Sequence record: SRR31156797_17267
DNA: 57,721 nucleotides
Reading direction: 5' to 3' (one strand)
Shown: positions 50,242 through 57,721 of the stretch, in pieces
Layout of the letters: every line of letters starts with the position of its first letter
Numbering within the stretch: position 1 is the first letter of the stretch
The notes under the pieces: generated by a model
Databases searched by the model: none
What the model was told of the DNA's origin: nothing
The model's input: the letters and a program-made list of their open reading frames with translations, nothing else
Program-made: the position numbers and the translations under genes

Positions 50242-50538
50242 TTAGGTACTTGAAGAGGCTGCAGGGCAGCTTTTACAGGATTCGCCTGTCTGGCAAGGTG
50301 GTGGAGTGGAGCTTGTCTTTGATGAGCCTGATGAACCAGCTTTACTAGTTCCTCCTGAAGTTTGGCTGTAGCCATCAGCATACCATCCGCCGCCTTTAAG
50401 CTGAAAAGAACTCATTGAAATAAGTTTTTTCACTGGACCGCCACAGTCCGGACATACTTCTACAGGGGCGTCGGCAATCCGCTGCTGTATTTCAAAGACC
50501 GTCTCGCACGCAGGACATTCATACTCATAAACTGGCAT
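50242..50538 (-). CDS. FmdB-family zinc-ribbon protein
   Basis: MPVYEYECPAC...CPDCG...SFQLKGGGWYADGY. Confidence 0.92.
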   Translation of the reverse strand: MPVYEYECPACETVFEIQQRIADAPVEVCPDCGGPVKKLISMSSFQLKGGGWYADGYSQTSGGTSKAGSSGSSKTSSTPPPCQTGESCKSCPAASSST

Positions 50539-50822
50539 TTTACTACCTCGAAAATAATAAAATTTACTTCTGTTTAAATTTAAAGGATAGGGATTACGGC
50601 ATCAATACTAATGTCTCCCTTGTTCTGTGTCAACCTTCACCTCTTGAATTCATCCAAAGCCTCACCCTATAGCCAATTCGACAAAACACATCAACAAGTC
50701 ACAACAACGATTTGTGTATAATCAAACAGTTACCCTAAAAAAGCAACTATCCACTGCACCTACTAACAAAGGGTTATCCTGAAAATAGGTTTTCTTATTT
50801 TTTACAAATCGATTAAAAAAAT

Positions 50823-50851
50823 TTGATTTGTCCTCTTACATGTTCTATTGT
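50823..50851 (+). promoter_or_regulatory. Candidate sigma70 promoter of mucR
   Basis: TTGATT, 17 nt, TATTGT in AT-rich DNA upstream of ATG 50914. Confidence 0.3.
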
Positions 50852-50913
50852 TGCCGCTATTGTAGTTTTAATATTAAACCATAGTATTTTCTTTTTACAC
50901 ATAGGAGCAAACA

Positions 50914-51351
50914 ATGAATAAATCACTCGTTGAAATGACTGCTGAAATCGTTCAGTCCCAAATCAGCAGCACAGAGATGACTACTGATGAGCTGAAAGAA
51001 GCGTTAAAAGATACCTTCCAGACACTTAAATCTCTTCAGGACATTGAAACTGTCGGCGCCGAAATACCAGAAGAGGAAAGCGGACCGGTGATGGAGCCCA
51101 AAAAATCCATTCAAAAAAACAAAGTTATTTGCCTTGAATGTGGGCAGGAATTCAAGATGCTTTCTCCCAAGCATCTTAAATCACATGGCCTTACAGCAAA
51201 GGAATACAGAAAAAAATATGGATTTTCTGCCAGGCAGCCACTTTGTGCCAAATCTCTTTCCGAGAGACGTTCCCAATCAGGTAAAGAACGTGGTCTCCCC
51301 CCCAACCTGCGCAAAGCAATTGAAGCCCGTACCAAGAAAAACAAGAAATAG
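50914..51351 (+). CDS. mucR: MucR/Ros-family transcriptional regulator
   Basis: LVEMTAEIV, KKSIQKNKVICLECGQEFKML..KHLKSHGLT..EYRKKYG. Confidence 0.9.
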   Translation: MNKSLVEMTAEIVQSQISSTEMTTDELKEALKDTFQTLKSLQDIETVGAEIPEEESGPVMEPKKSIQKNKVICLECGQEFKMLSPKHLKSHGLTAKEYRKKYGFSARQPLCAKSLSERRSQSGKERGLPPNLRKAIEARTKKNKK

Positions 51352-51360
51352 CGCCCCTCC

Positions 51361-51392
51361 TGGTCTCTCCTTTCTCCAGTAAGGAGAGACCA
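51361..51392 (+). terminator. Perfect 12-bp hairpin after mucR (terminator-like, no U tract)
   Basis: TGGTCTCTCCTT-TCTCCAGT-AAGGAGAGACCA. Confidence 0.5.
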
Positions 51393-51429
51393 CCGCTCTT
51401 AAACTTCATACATTCCCACTGCAAATATT

Positions 51430-52218
51430 ATGATCGGTATTTTTGATTCCGGCTTAGGCGGAATGACGGTGACCCGTGCCATCGAACAACTCTGCCCCGG
51501 CTACCCTTTACTCTACTTCGGTGACCTCATACACACCCCATACGGCCCCAAAAGCAGAGATGCCCTCACCGAATACGCTATTCGCAATACTGAGTTTCTT
51601 ATTGCCCAAGGGGCAAGCCTTATAGTCATTGCCTGTAATTCTGCAGCTAGCATTGCCGGCAACGTGTTACGTGACAAATTTACCTGCCCTATAATTGACG
51701 TCATCGAACCAGCTGTGAATCAAGCTATTGCCACCAGTAAAAACGGCAGCATTGGTGTTATAGGTACCCGAGCAACGATAAATTCCGATGTCTACCCGCA
51801 GAATATTCTTGCCAAAAGGCCCCATTACAAGGTGTATTCCCAGGCATGCCCACTGCTTGTGCCGCTCGTAGAAGAAGGGTGGCTCAATCGAAGGGAAACC
51901 AAGACGATCACCAAAAAATATCTGCAGCCGCTTCGATGTAAACAAGTTGACACTCTCATCCTGGGCTGTACTCATTACCCCATGCTTAAACCTGTCATTA
52001 GACCACGTATTGGTAAACGAGTAAAAATTGTAGACTCATCTATTGAAACAGCACTGTTTCTAAAAAAATTTCTCACTAAAAATCCAGAGGTAGCCAAAAA
52101 ACTCTCTTCACAAAAGTCGAAAAACCGCTTTTTTGTATCTGATTTACCTGCTCCGACCCAATCACTTGCCAAATCTATCTTTGGTCGCCCTGTTCATTTG
52201 GAGAAAGTTCATGCTTAA
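51430..52218 (+). CDS. murI: Glutamate racemase
   Basis: IGIFDSGLGG, PYGPKS, IACNSA, LGCTHYP. Confidence 0.97.
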   Translation: MIGIFDSGLGGMTVTRAIEQLCPGYPLLYFGDLIHTPYGPKSRDALTEYAIRNTEFLIAQGASLIVIACNSAASIAGNVLRDKFTCPIIDVIEPAVNQAIATSKNGSIGVIGTRATINSDVYPQNILAKRPHYKVYSQACPLLVPLVEEGWLNRRETKTITKKYLQPLRCKQVDTLILGCTHYPMLKPVIRPRIGKRVKIVDSSIETALFLKKFLTKNPEVAKKLSSQKSKNRFFVSDLPAPTQSLAKSIFGRPVHLEKVHA

Positions 52219-52945
52219 CCAACAACGTCTATGTAAAACAACCACTTTATTATGGATACTGTTAACCTGTGCAGCCGTTTCCCTTGCCACTACCGCTAAC
52301 GCCGCAACAGCTGAAGATAAGGTAAAAAAGATTCAGGCTCGTTATGACGGCATCACAAGCATTCAGTTCGATTTTCACCAGCAGACCACTACCAGCGGCA
52401 GAATAAGGTCAGGTGAAGGCAATGCTGTGTTTGTAAAAACATCTGACGAGACCCTGCCAACTACTTCAGCAAGCCCTAAAACTATAATGCGTTGGAATTA
52501 CGTTGCCCCTGCAGAACAAATCATACTAAACACTGGCAGCAAACTTTCCATATACACAAAAGATGACAAACAGCTTCTTATTACCAAGACAGACCAGCTT
52601 GACTCAGATATTACCTTGACCTTGTTTTCTGGAAATGCTGATATCCTAGACACTTTTCAGGTACTGGCACCAAAAGACAGCAAGGATTCGACATCCGCAG
52701 GTAATGATCTGCAAACAATGCAGCTCACCCCTATAAAACCCGACTCACAGCTCCAACGCCTGCAAATCTGGCACTCTTCTGACAACATTATCCATAAGCT
52801 GGCCATGGAAGATCATTTTGGTTCTGTAACGACCATCCTCTTCACCAACATCCAGCTCAACACCATCAAGGCTGATGACAAGCAAAAAATACAGCAAATT
52901 GTCCATATGGATTTCCCCGATGACACCGAAATAATTTACCAATAG
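52211..52945 (+). CDS. lolA: Outer-membrane lipoprotein carrier protein LolA family
   Basis: Signal peptide, F.Q...G.G, MRWNYVAP.EQ; ATG 52211 overlaps the murI end. Confidence 0.8.
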   Translation: MLNQQRLCKTTTLLWILLTCAAVSLATTANAATAEDKVKKIQARYDGITSIQFDFHQQTTTSGRIRSGEGNAVFVKTSDETLPTTSASPKTIMRWNYVAPAEQIILNTGSKLSIYTKDDKQLLITKTDQLDSDITLTLFSGNADILDTFQVLAPKDSKDSTSAGNDLQTMQLTPIKPDSQLQRLQIWHSSDNIIHKLAMEDHFGSVTTILFTNIQLNTIKADDKQKIQQIVHMDFPDDTEIIYQ

Positions 52946-53129
52946 CACTAGTACCTATGCAGCATGCTGTAAAGGGCAAGCAATACAATCAAAGATTCTC
53001 CTCTTTTTACCGGCAAGAAATGGGTTGAACAACTCCCCTAAGCGGGGTAAAGAGGTATTCATCTATGATCCTTACTCTTTCTCATATTTTTTCGATTCGC
53101 TGACACGACACTTTTTTTCCTTTTCAGAC

Positions 53130-53678
53130 ATGCTTATTGCTATCCTTTCTGACAGCCATGATCAGATTTTGCACATGCAGCGTGCAGTTCAACACGCTAA
53201 CAGGCAAGGAGCTGAAATACTGATTCACTGCGGTGATCTTATATCACCATTTATGCTCCCCTACCTTGGTAAATTCAAGGGACAGATACATCTTATCTAT
53301 GGCAATAATGTTGGCGACCAACACCTCATTTCGTCCCGATGCGAAAAGGAGATGGACAATATCAGCCATCATGGTATTTTTGGGGCCATTACCGTAAGTG
53401 GATTACAGATCGCTTTTCACCATTACCCAGAACTTGCCTACGGGGTCGCAGAAACCGGCAAATATGATATTGTCTGCTGCGGCCATAATCATATTTGTAA
53501 CGTCAAAAAGATAAACAACTGTCTGCTGCTCAACCCAGGGGACTTACTAGGCAAAGAAAATCCTCCTGGTTTTTTACTTTTGGATACCAGTACAATGGCA
53601 GTGCGTCATGTTATTGTTGGTGCCCCTATGAACTTTGAAACAGATTTTGCCCCAATATCAGAAACCGTTCGCCAATAA
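53130..53678 (+). CDS. YfcE-family metallophosphoesterase
   Basis: ILSDSH, IHCGD, GNN, HHYP, CGHNH, NPG. Confidence 0.9.
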   Translation: MLIAILSDSHDQILHMQRAVQHANRQGAEILIHCGDLISPFMLPYLGKFKGQIHLIYGNNVGDQHLISSRCEKEMDNISHHGIFGAITVSGLQIAFHHYPELAYGVAETGKYDIVCCGHNHICNVKKINNCLLLNPGDLLGKENPPGFLLLDTSTMAVRHVIVGAPMNFETDFAPISETVRQ

Positions 53679-53702
53679 AGCCTTTCAGGCACCTTACCGA
53701 GT

Positions 53703-54869
53703 ATGAAAAAAATGAGTGACGAAAAATTTACAGATCTTTTTCAGGCAAAAGCAGTTACCCGTCCAGCCCTTAAGCCCGGTGATCGCGTCCAGGCTGTTAT
53801 AGCTGCCATCAACGGCGAAAACATTTTCCTTGATGTCGGTGTCAAGAGTGAGGGTTTGTTAAACGCTGCGGAAGTTCGCGACGAGAATGGCGAACTTTCT
53901 GTGAGTGTTGGCGACACGGTCGAAGTATTTCTTCTCTCCGCCAGAGGCGGTGAAATGACATTTACCACCAGAATTGGCTCGGGCCAGGTTTCTTCCCAAG
54001 AGCTTGAAGACGCCTTTCATTCAGGCATACCTGTTCAAGGAAAGGTCCAGGAAGAGATCAAGGGCGGCTTTGCCGTGACTGTTGCTGGACAGCGTGGCTT
54101 TTGCCCGTATTCACAAATGGATATTCGCCGGATAGAAAATCCTGAAGGCTACATTGAACAGACCCTCTCTTTTAAAATTATCGAATTCGGGAACCGTGGA
54201 AAAAACATTATCTTGTCCGCACGGGCACTCTTGGAAGAGCAACGCCTTGAAGCAAGGGAAAAATTAATGGAAACCCTTGAAGAGGGAATGCAGGTACCCG
54301 GCACCGTAATGTCTATTCGGGATTTTGGTGCTTTTGTTGATATCGGCGGGGTTGACGGACTTATTCCGGTCTCAGAACTTGCATGGGGCCAGACCGAGAG
54401 GGTCGAAGATGTTGTCCATATTGGTCAGCAGGTTGAGGTTCTACTGAAACGCCTTGACTGGGATAATGATAAAATTTCCCTGAGCCTGCGCGAAACCACC
54501 CCGAACCCATGGGATGAGGTCACAGAAAAATACCCCCTTGGCAGCACCCACATGGGAGTAGTGTCCAGACTGGCTGCCTTTGGCGCCTTTATAACTCTGG
54601 AACCAGGTATTGATGGTCTACTGCATATCTCCAAGATGGGCGGAGGAAGAAGGATCAATCACCCCCGTGAAATTTTAGAGCCCGGTCAGGAATTTACCAT
54701 TAAGATAGACAGTGTTGACCAAGAGAAAAAGCGCATTTCGCTCGTTCCTGATGATTATACCAAGGAGGAGCAAAGTGACGAAAAATTTATTCCCAGGACA
54801 CCCGAAAGTACGCCACAGTCCATGGGTACCTTTGGAGACCTGCTTAAAGCACAAATAAAGAAGAAATAA
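53703..54869 (+). CDS. rpsA: 30S ribosomal protein S1 (short, four-S1-domain form)
   Basis: DVGVKSEG, GFCPYSQM, DFGAFVDIGGVDGLIPVSEL, FGAFITLEPGIDGLLHIS, GTFGDLL. Confidence 0.88.
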   Translation: MKKMSDEKFTDLFQAKAVTRPALKPGDRVQAVIAAINGENIFLDVGVKSEGLLNAAEVRDENGELSVSVGDTVEVFLLSARGGEMTFTTRIGSGQVSSQELEDAFHSGIPVQGKVQEEIKGGFAVTVAGQRGFCPYSQMDIRRIENPEGYIEQTLSFKIIEFGNRGKNIILSARALLEEQRLEAREKLMETLEEGMQVPGTVMSIRDFGAFVDIGGVDGLIPVSELAWGQTERVEDVVHIGQQVEVLLKRLDWDNDKISLSLRETTPNPWDEVTEKYPLGSTHMGVVSRLAAFGAFITLEPGIDGLLHISKMGGGRRINHPREILEPGQEFTIKIDSVDQEKKRISLVPDDYTKEEQSDEKFIPRTPESTPQSMGTFGDLLKAQIKKK

Positions 54870-54903
54870 CCAACATTTTTTTTTCACCTCATTAAGTAAT
54901 CAG

Positions 54904-54942
54904 AAAAGCCCCTCACCCGGACAACCGGGTGTGGGGCTTTTT
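54904..54942. terminator. Bidirectional intrinsic terminator between convergent rpsA and rlmB
   Basis: AAAAGCCCCTCACCCGG-ACAA-CCGGGTGTGGGGCTTTTT. Confidence 0.85.
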
Positions 54943-54979
54943 ATTTAAGCATTTCAAAAAAAGATCACTCTATATCCTA

Positions 54980-55795
54980 TCAGGGGTGACGAACAGTTTC
55001 CTGGCGTCTGATTTCAAACATGATAACAGCCGCAGCAACGGCGGCATTGAGAGAGTCAAAAGTCTTATCCATTGGAATGGTCACCAGTTGATCGCACTGT
55101 TTCTGCACAAGTGGACGGATCCCCTTCCCCTCGCTACCTATAACAAGACACAATGCACCCGAAAATTCGATATCATAAATCGAACCAACATTTTCCCCAT
55201 CCACTACTGCTCCGTATACCCAGAAGCCGGCATCCTTCATTTTTTGCAAGCTATCGGACAAGTTAGTAACCTGACAGATACGCAGATGGGAAACAGCACC
55301 AGCAGAAATTTTGGCGACAGTCCCCCCAAGGGGAGCACTTCTCTCACGGGTAAGAATAATATGGGTAAACCCAGCGGCCAATGCAGACCGAAGTATGGAT
55401 CCCAGGTTGTGGGGATCCTGAATGGAATCAAGAACAAGAACCTTCGGTACGGCTGTCCCGTGAGCTTTATCGAGCAGCGCAAGTAGATCTTCAAAGGCAT
55501 ACAAAGGTGTAGCGGTAACCCTTGCAACCACTCCCTGATGGTTACAATTTCGGGGCACTGCAAAACGCTGGGGATCAACAAAGCGAAGTTTTATCTTGTT
55601 CTGCCTGGCCAGGTCAACAAGCTGCTGAATACGAGGACCAGCCTTTCCTTTTTGAACCGATAGCTCAGATATGCTTTCTGCTCGTTGCTCCAACGCCTCA
55701 AGAACAGAATTAATACCCCAGATAAAATCGGTATCACTCTCTTGCTGCTGCCCTGAATGCGTTCTGCTCTTGGGAGATACTCTTTCTTTAGCCAT
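54980..55795 (-). CDS. rlmB: 23S rRNA (guanosine-2251-2'-O)-methyltransferase
   Basis: NHQGVVA, LDSIQDPHNLGSILRSA, KISAGA, IGSEGKG, SLNAAVA. Confidence 0.95.
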   Translation of the reverse strand: MAKERVSPKSRTHSGQQQESDTDFIWGINSVLEALEQRAESISELSVQKGKAGPRIQQLVDLARQNKIKLRFVDPQRFAVPRNCNHQGVVARVTATPLYAFEDLLALLDKAHGTAVPKVLVLDSIQDPHNLGSILRSALAAGFTHIILTRERSAPLGGTVAKISAGAVSHLRICQVTNLSDSLQKMKDAGFWVYGAVVDGENVGSIYDIEFSGALCLVIGSEGKGIRPLVQKQCDQLVTIPMDKTFDSLNAAVAAAVIMFEIRRQETVRHP

Positions 55796-55807
55796 CAACT
55801 TCCACAG

Positions 55808-56404
55808 TTACAAGCCCTGCCCCAGTCTGTTTTTCTGACATCGGCAACGCTCCGCAATTATAATACTTCTCAAACAATCTATAGCCTCTTCAAGCACATC
55901 ATTTACAATCAGGTAATCATACATGATCGCAGCTTCCATTTCCTTTTGCGCGTTCTGCATCCGCAATGAAATAGTAGAGTCATCCTCCGTACCCCTGCCG
56001 CGCAACCTTTTTTCCAATTCCTCCATAGAGGGAGGGGCAATAAAAATGGTTACAGGGGAAGCCTTAGTCATTACCTGTTCAGCCCCCTGGACATCTATAT
56101 CTAAAATTACATCATGTCCGGCGGCCTGCTGGCGCTCAACTTCATATTTACTGGTGCCGTAAAAATTGCCATGCACTTCAGCCCACTCCAAAAAACCTGA
56201 TGGCTCCATATCCCGAAGTTCTACAAAAACATCGGGGGAAACAAAATGGTAATTGACCCCGTCCTGCTCTTTATTGCGCGGTTGACGAGTGGTATGAGAT
56301 ATGGAAAAGACCACGTTAGATAGTTGCCGCATCACATCTCTAACCATAGTTGTTTTTCCACAACCCGATGGCGCAGACAAAACAAATAACGTTCCCTTAC
56401 TCAT
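55808..56404 (-). CDS. gmk: Guanylate kinase
   Basis: SAPSGCGKTT, SHTTRQPR, EWAEVHGNFYGT, LDIDVQGA, RLRGRGTE. Confidence 0.97.
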   Translation of the reverse strand: MSKGTLFVLSAPSGCGKTTMVRDVMRQLSNVVFSISHTTRQPRNKEQDGVNYHFVSPDVFVELRDMEPSGFLEWAEVHGNFYGTSKYEVERQQAAGHDVILDIDVQGAEQVMTKASPVTIFIAPPSMEELEKRLRGRGTEDDSTISLRMQNAQKEMEAAIMYDYLIVNDVLEEAIDCLRSIIIAERCRCQKNRLGQGL

Positions 56405-56705
56405 CCATATCACCGTTTTGCTGCCTGTCAAGAATTAAGGCAGGATTACTCCTCTCTTCGTCTAATGCAGCCAGCCGTTGATTAATAGTATCAGGCTGCA
56501 CCGAAGAAAGGACTAGATGCCCGGAGTCAAGAATAATAATCGCTCGTGTACGTCGTCCCTCTGTTACATCAATAAGTCTCTTTTCCAATCGGGCTTCATC
56601 TTTTAATTTCCGAATGGGTGAAGAACCAGGATTGACGACTGCCAAAATCCGGCTGACTTTAAGTGCATTACCAAAACCAATATTGACAAGCCTATAACTA
56701 TCCAT
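56397..56705 (-). CDS. remA: DUF370 / RemA-family protein
   Basis: LVNIGFGN, SSPIRKL, IDVTEGRRTRA; lies between yicC and gmk. Confidence 0.9.
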   Translation of the reverse strand: MDSYRLVNIGFGNALKVSRILAVVNPGSSPIRKLKDEARLEKRLIDVTEGRRTRAIIILDSGHLVLSSVQPDTINQRLAALDEERSNPALILDRQQNGDMDE

Positions 56706-56754
56706 CGAAAATCATCTCACTTCAAAGCAGGGAAAGGCTGTATTCAGGGCTAAA

Positions 56755-57636
56755 TTATTCAAGGTTCTGCACCTGTTCGCGTAATTTTTCAATCTCATTC
56801 TTCATTTCCACGCCAAGATGAGCGATGGCGGCATTGGAAATTTTGGAAGCAAGCGTATTAACTTCACGCAAGAATTCCTGGAGCAAAAAGTCAAGTCGTC
56901 GACCAACGGGTTCATCGCCTTCCAAAAAAACCCTGAACTGGTCAATATGGCTTTCCAGCCTAACTATTTCTTCGGTGACATCGCTTTTATCTGCCAACAC
57001 GGCAGCTTCTTGCGCCAATCGGTTCTCATCTAACTGTATACCATCAAGCAGTGTCTCAATTTTTTCTTTAAGGTCTGCATGACGTTGAGCAAGAATCAGT
57101 GGTGTATTGGCAGCAATGCGTTGTACTATCTGCTCAAAGGCACTAAGGCGCTGCAGCAGATCATGTTTAAGAGTAGCACCCTCTTGCTCGCGCATACGGT
57201 CACACTCGGTCACGGCCAAGTCAAGAGCGGAACAGATAAGCTCCCACTCTGCGTCCATATCCGGATTCTGTTCCTCCTGGCTGATTACATCACGTGTAGT
57301 CAGCATATCCGACAAACTGATCTCACCGGCAAGCTGATACTTATCAATCAATTGCTGGAGACAGTTATGGTATTGCGACGCAACAGCATCATCAATGACA
57401 AGCTGAGCACTGGTGGCAAGTTTCCCTTGAACCGTAAAAGTAATATCCACTCTGCCGCGGTCTATCGTTCTGGCTACCCTTTTTTTGGCCGCATCTTCAA
57501 GCCCTGCAAACAAACGGGGAATAACAACCCGCTGGTCCAGAAATTTATGATTAACGGTCCGGACTTCAGCCGTCCATGTTCTACCTTCGGCTGAGCTCTC
57601 CCCTCTCCCAAACCCTGTCATACTTCGTGGCCGCAT
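56755..57636 (-). CDS. yicC: YicC/YloC-family endoribonuclease
   Basis: SMTGFGR, VNHKFLD, DVTEEIVRL, GRRLDFLLQEFLREVNT, EKLREQVQNLE; RBS GGAGG before ATG 57636. Confidence 0.95.
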   Translation of the reverse strand: MRPRSMTGFGRGESSAEGRTWTAEVRTVNHKFLDQRVVIPRLFAGLEDAAKKRVARTIDRGRVDITFTVQGKLATSAQLVIDDAVASQYHNCLQQLIDKYQLAGEISLSDMLTTRDVISQEEQNPDMDAEWELICSALDLAVTECDRMREQEGATLKHDLLQRLSAFEQIVQRIAANTPLILAQRHADLKEKIETLLDGIQLDENRLAQEAAVLADKSDVTEEIVRLESHIDQFRVFLEGDEPVGRRLDFLLQEFLREVNTLASKISNAAIAHLGVEMKNEIEKLREQVQNLE

Positions 57637-57721
57637 TACACAATCGCCTCCGGCGTCAGTGAGATGTAATAATCTCATTCTAAAAAAATCCTAACTATTC
57701 AGCGAATAACAAATAACCTCG

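Noticed and set aside
1-57721. CRISPR arrays, tRNA/rRNA, prophage or defence genes
   Set aside because: No regularly spaced repeats, cloverleaf-like segments or phage/defence motifs seen by eye.

Overview
57.7 kb of bacterial chromosome. By inference it comes from a sulfate/sulfur-reducing Desulfobacterota (Desulfobulbales-like): it has futalosine mqnB/mqnD, MucR, yicC-remA-gmk-rlmB synteny and selenocysteine use. About 1-38.5 kb is a mosaic surface-polysaccharide region. It holds a + strand glycan-tailoring operon (PHP-like, GT4, AsnB, GlpD-like oxidase, methyltransferase, SDR), Wzm/Wzt, PglF/E/C-like sugar genes, wecBC, an AT-rich MurJ/pyruvyltransferase/GT4/Wzy cassette next to decayed ISL3 and ISKra4 fragments, a degenerate Wzc and a sulfotransferase-like protein with a coiled coil. 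Embedded in it is a RiPP-like module: PqqD/RRE, HprK-like kinase, nucleotidyltransferase and an exported protein whose signal carries a WxxPxV lasso-leader-like motif. About 38.8-57.7 kb is mostly housekeeping (bpt/ate, gdhA, PEP-synthase-like regulator, mobA, mqnD, mqnB, queA, mucR, murI, lolA, rpsA, rlmB, gmk, yicC). It also contains a pentaheme cytochrome c split by an in-frame TGA followed by a SECIS-like hairpin, i.e. a selenoprotein (ExtKL/MccSep-like) that the ORF track calls as two genes. No rRNA, tRNA or CRISPR array was seen. Family assignments come from motif recognition by eye, not database searches.
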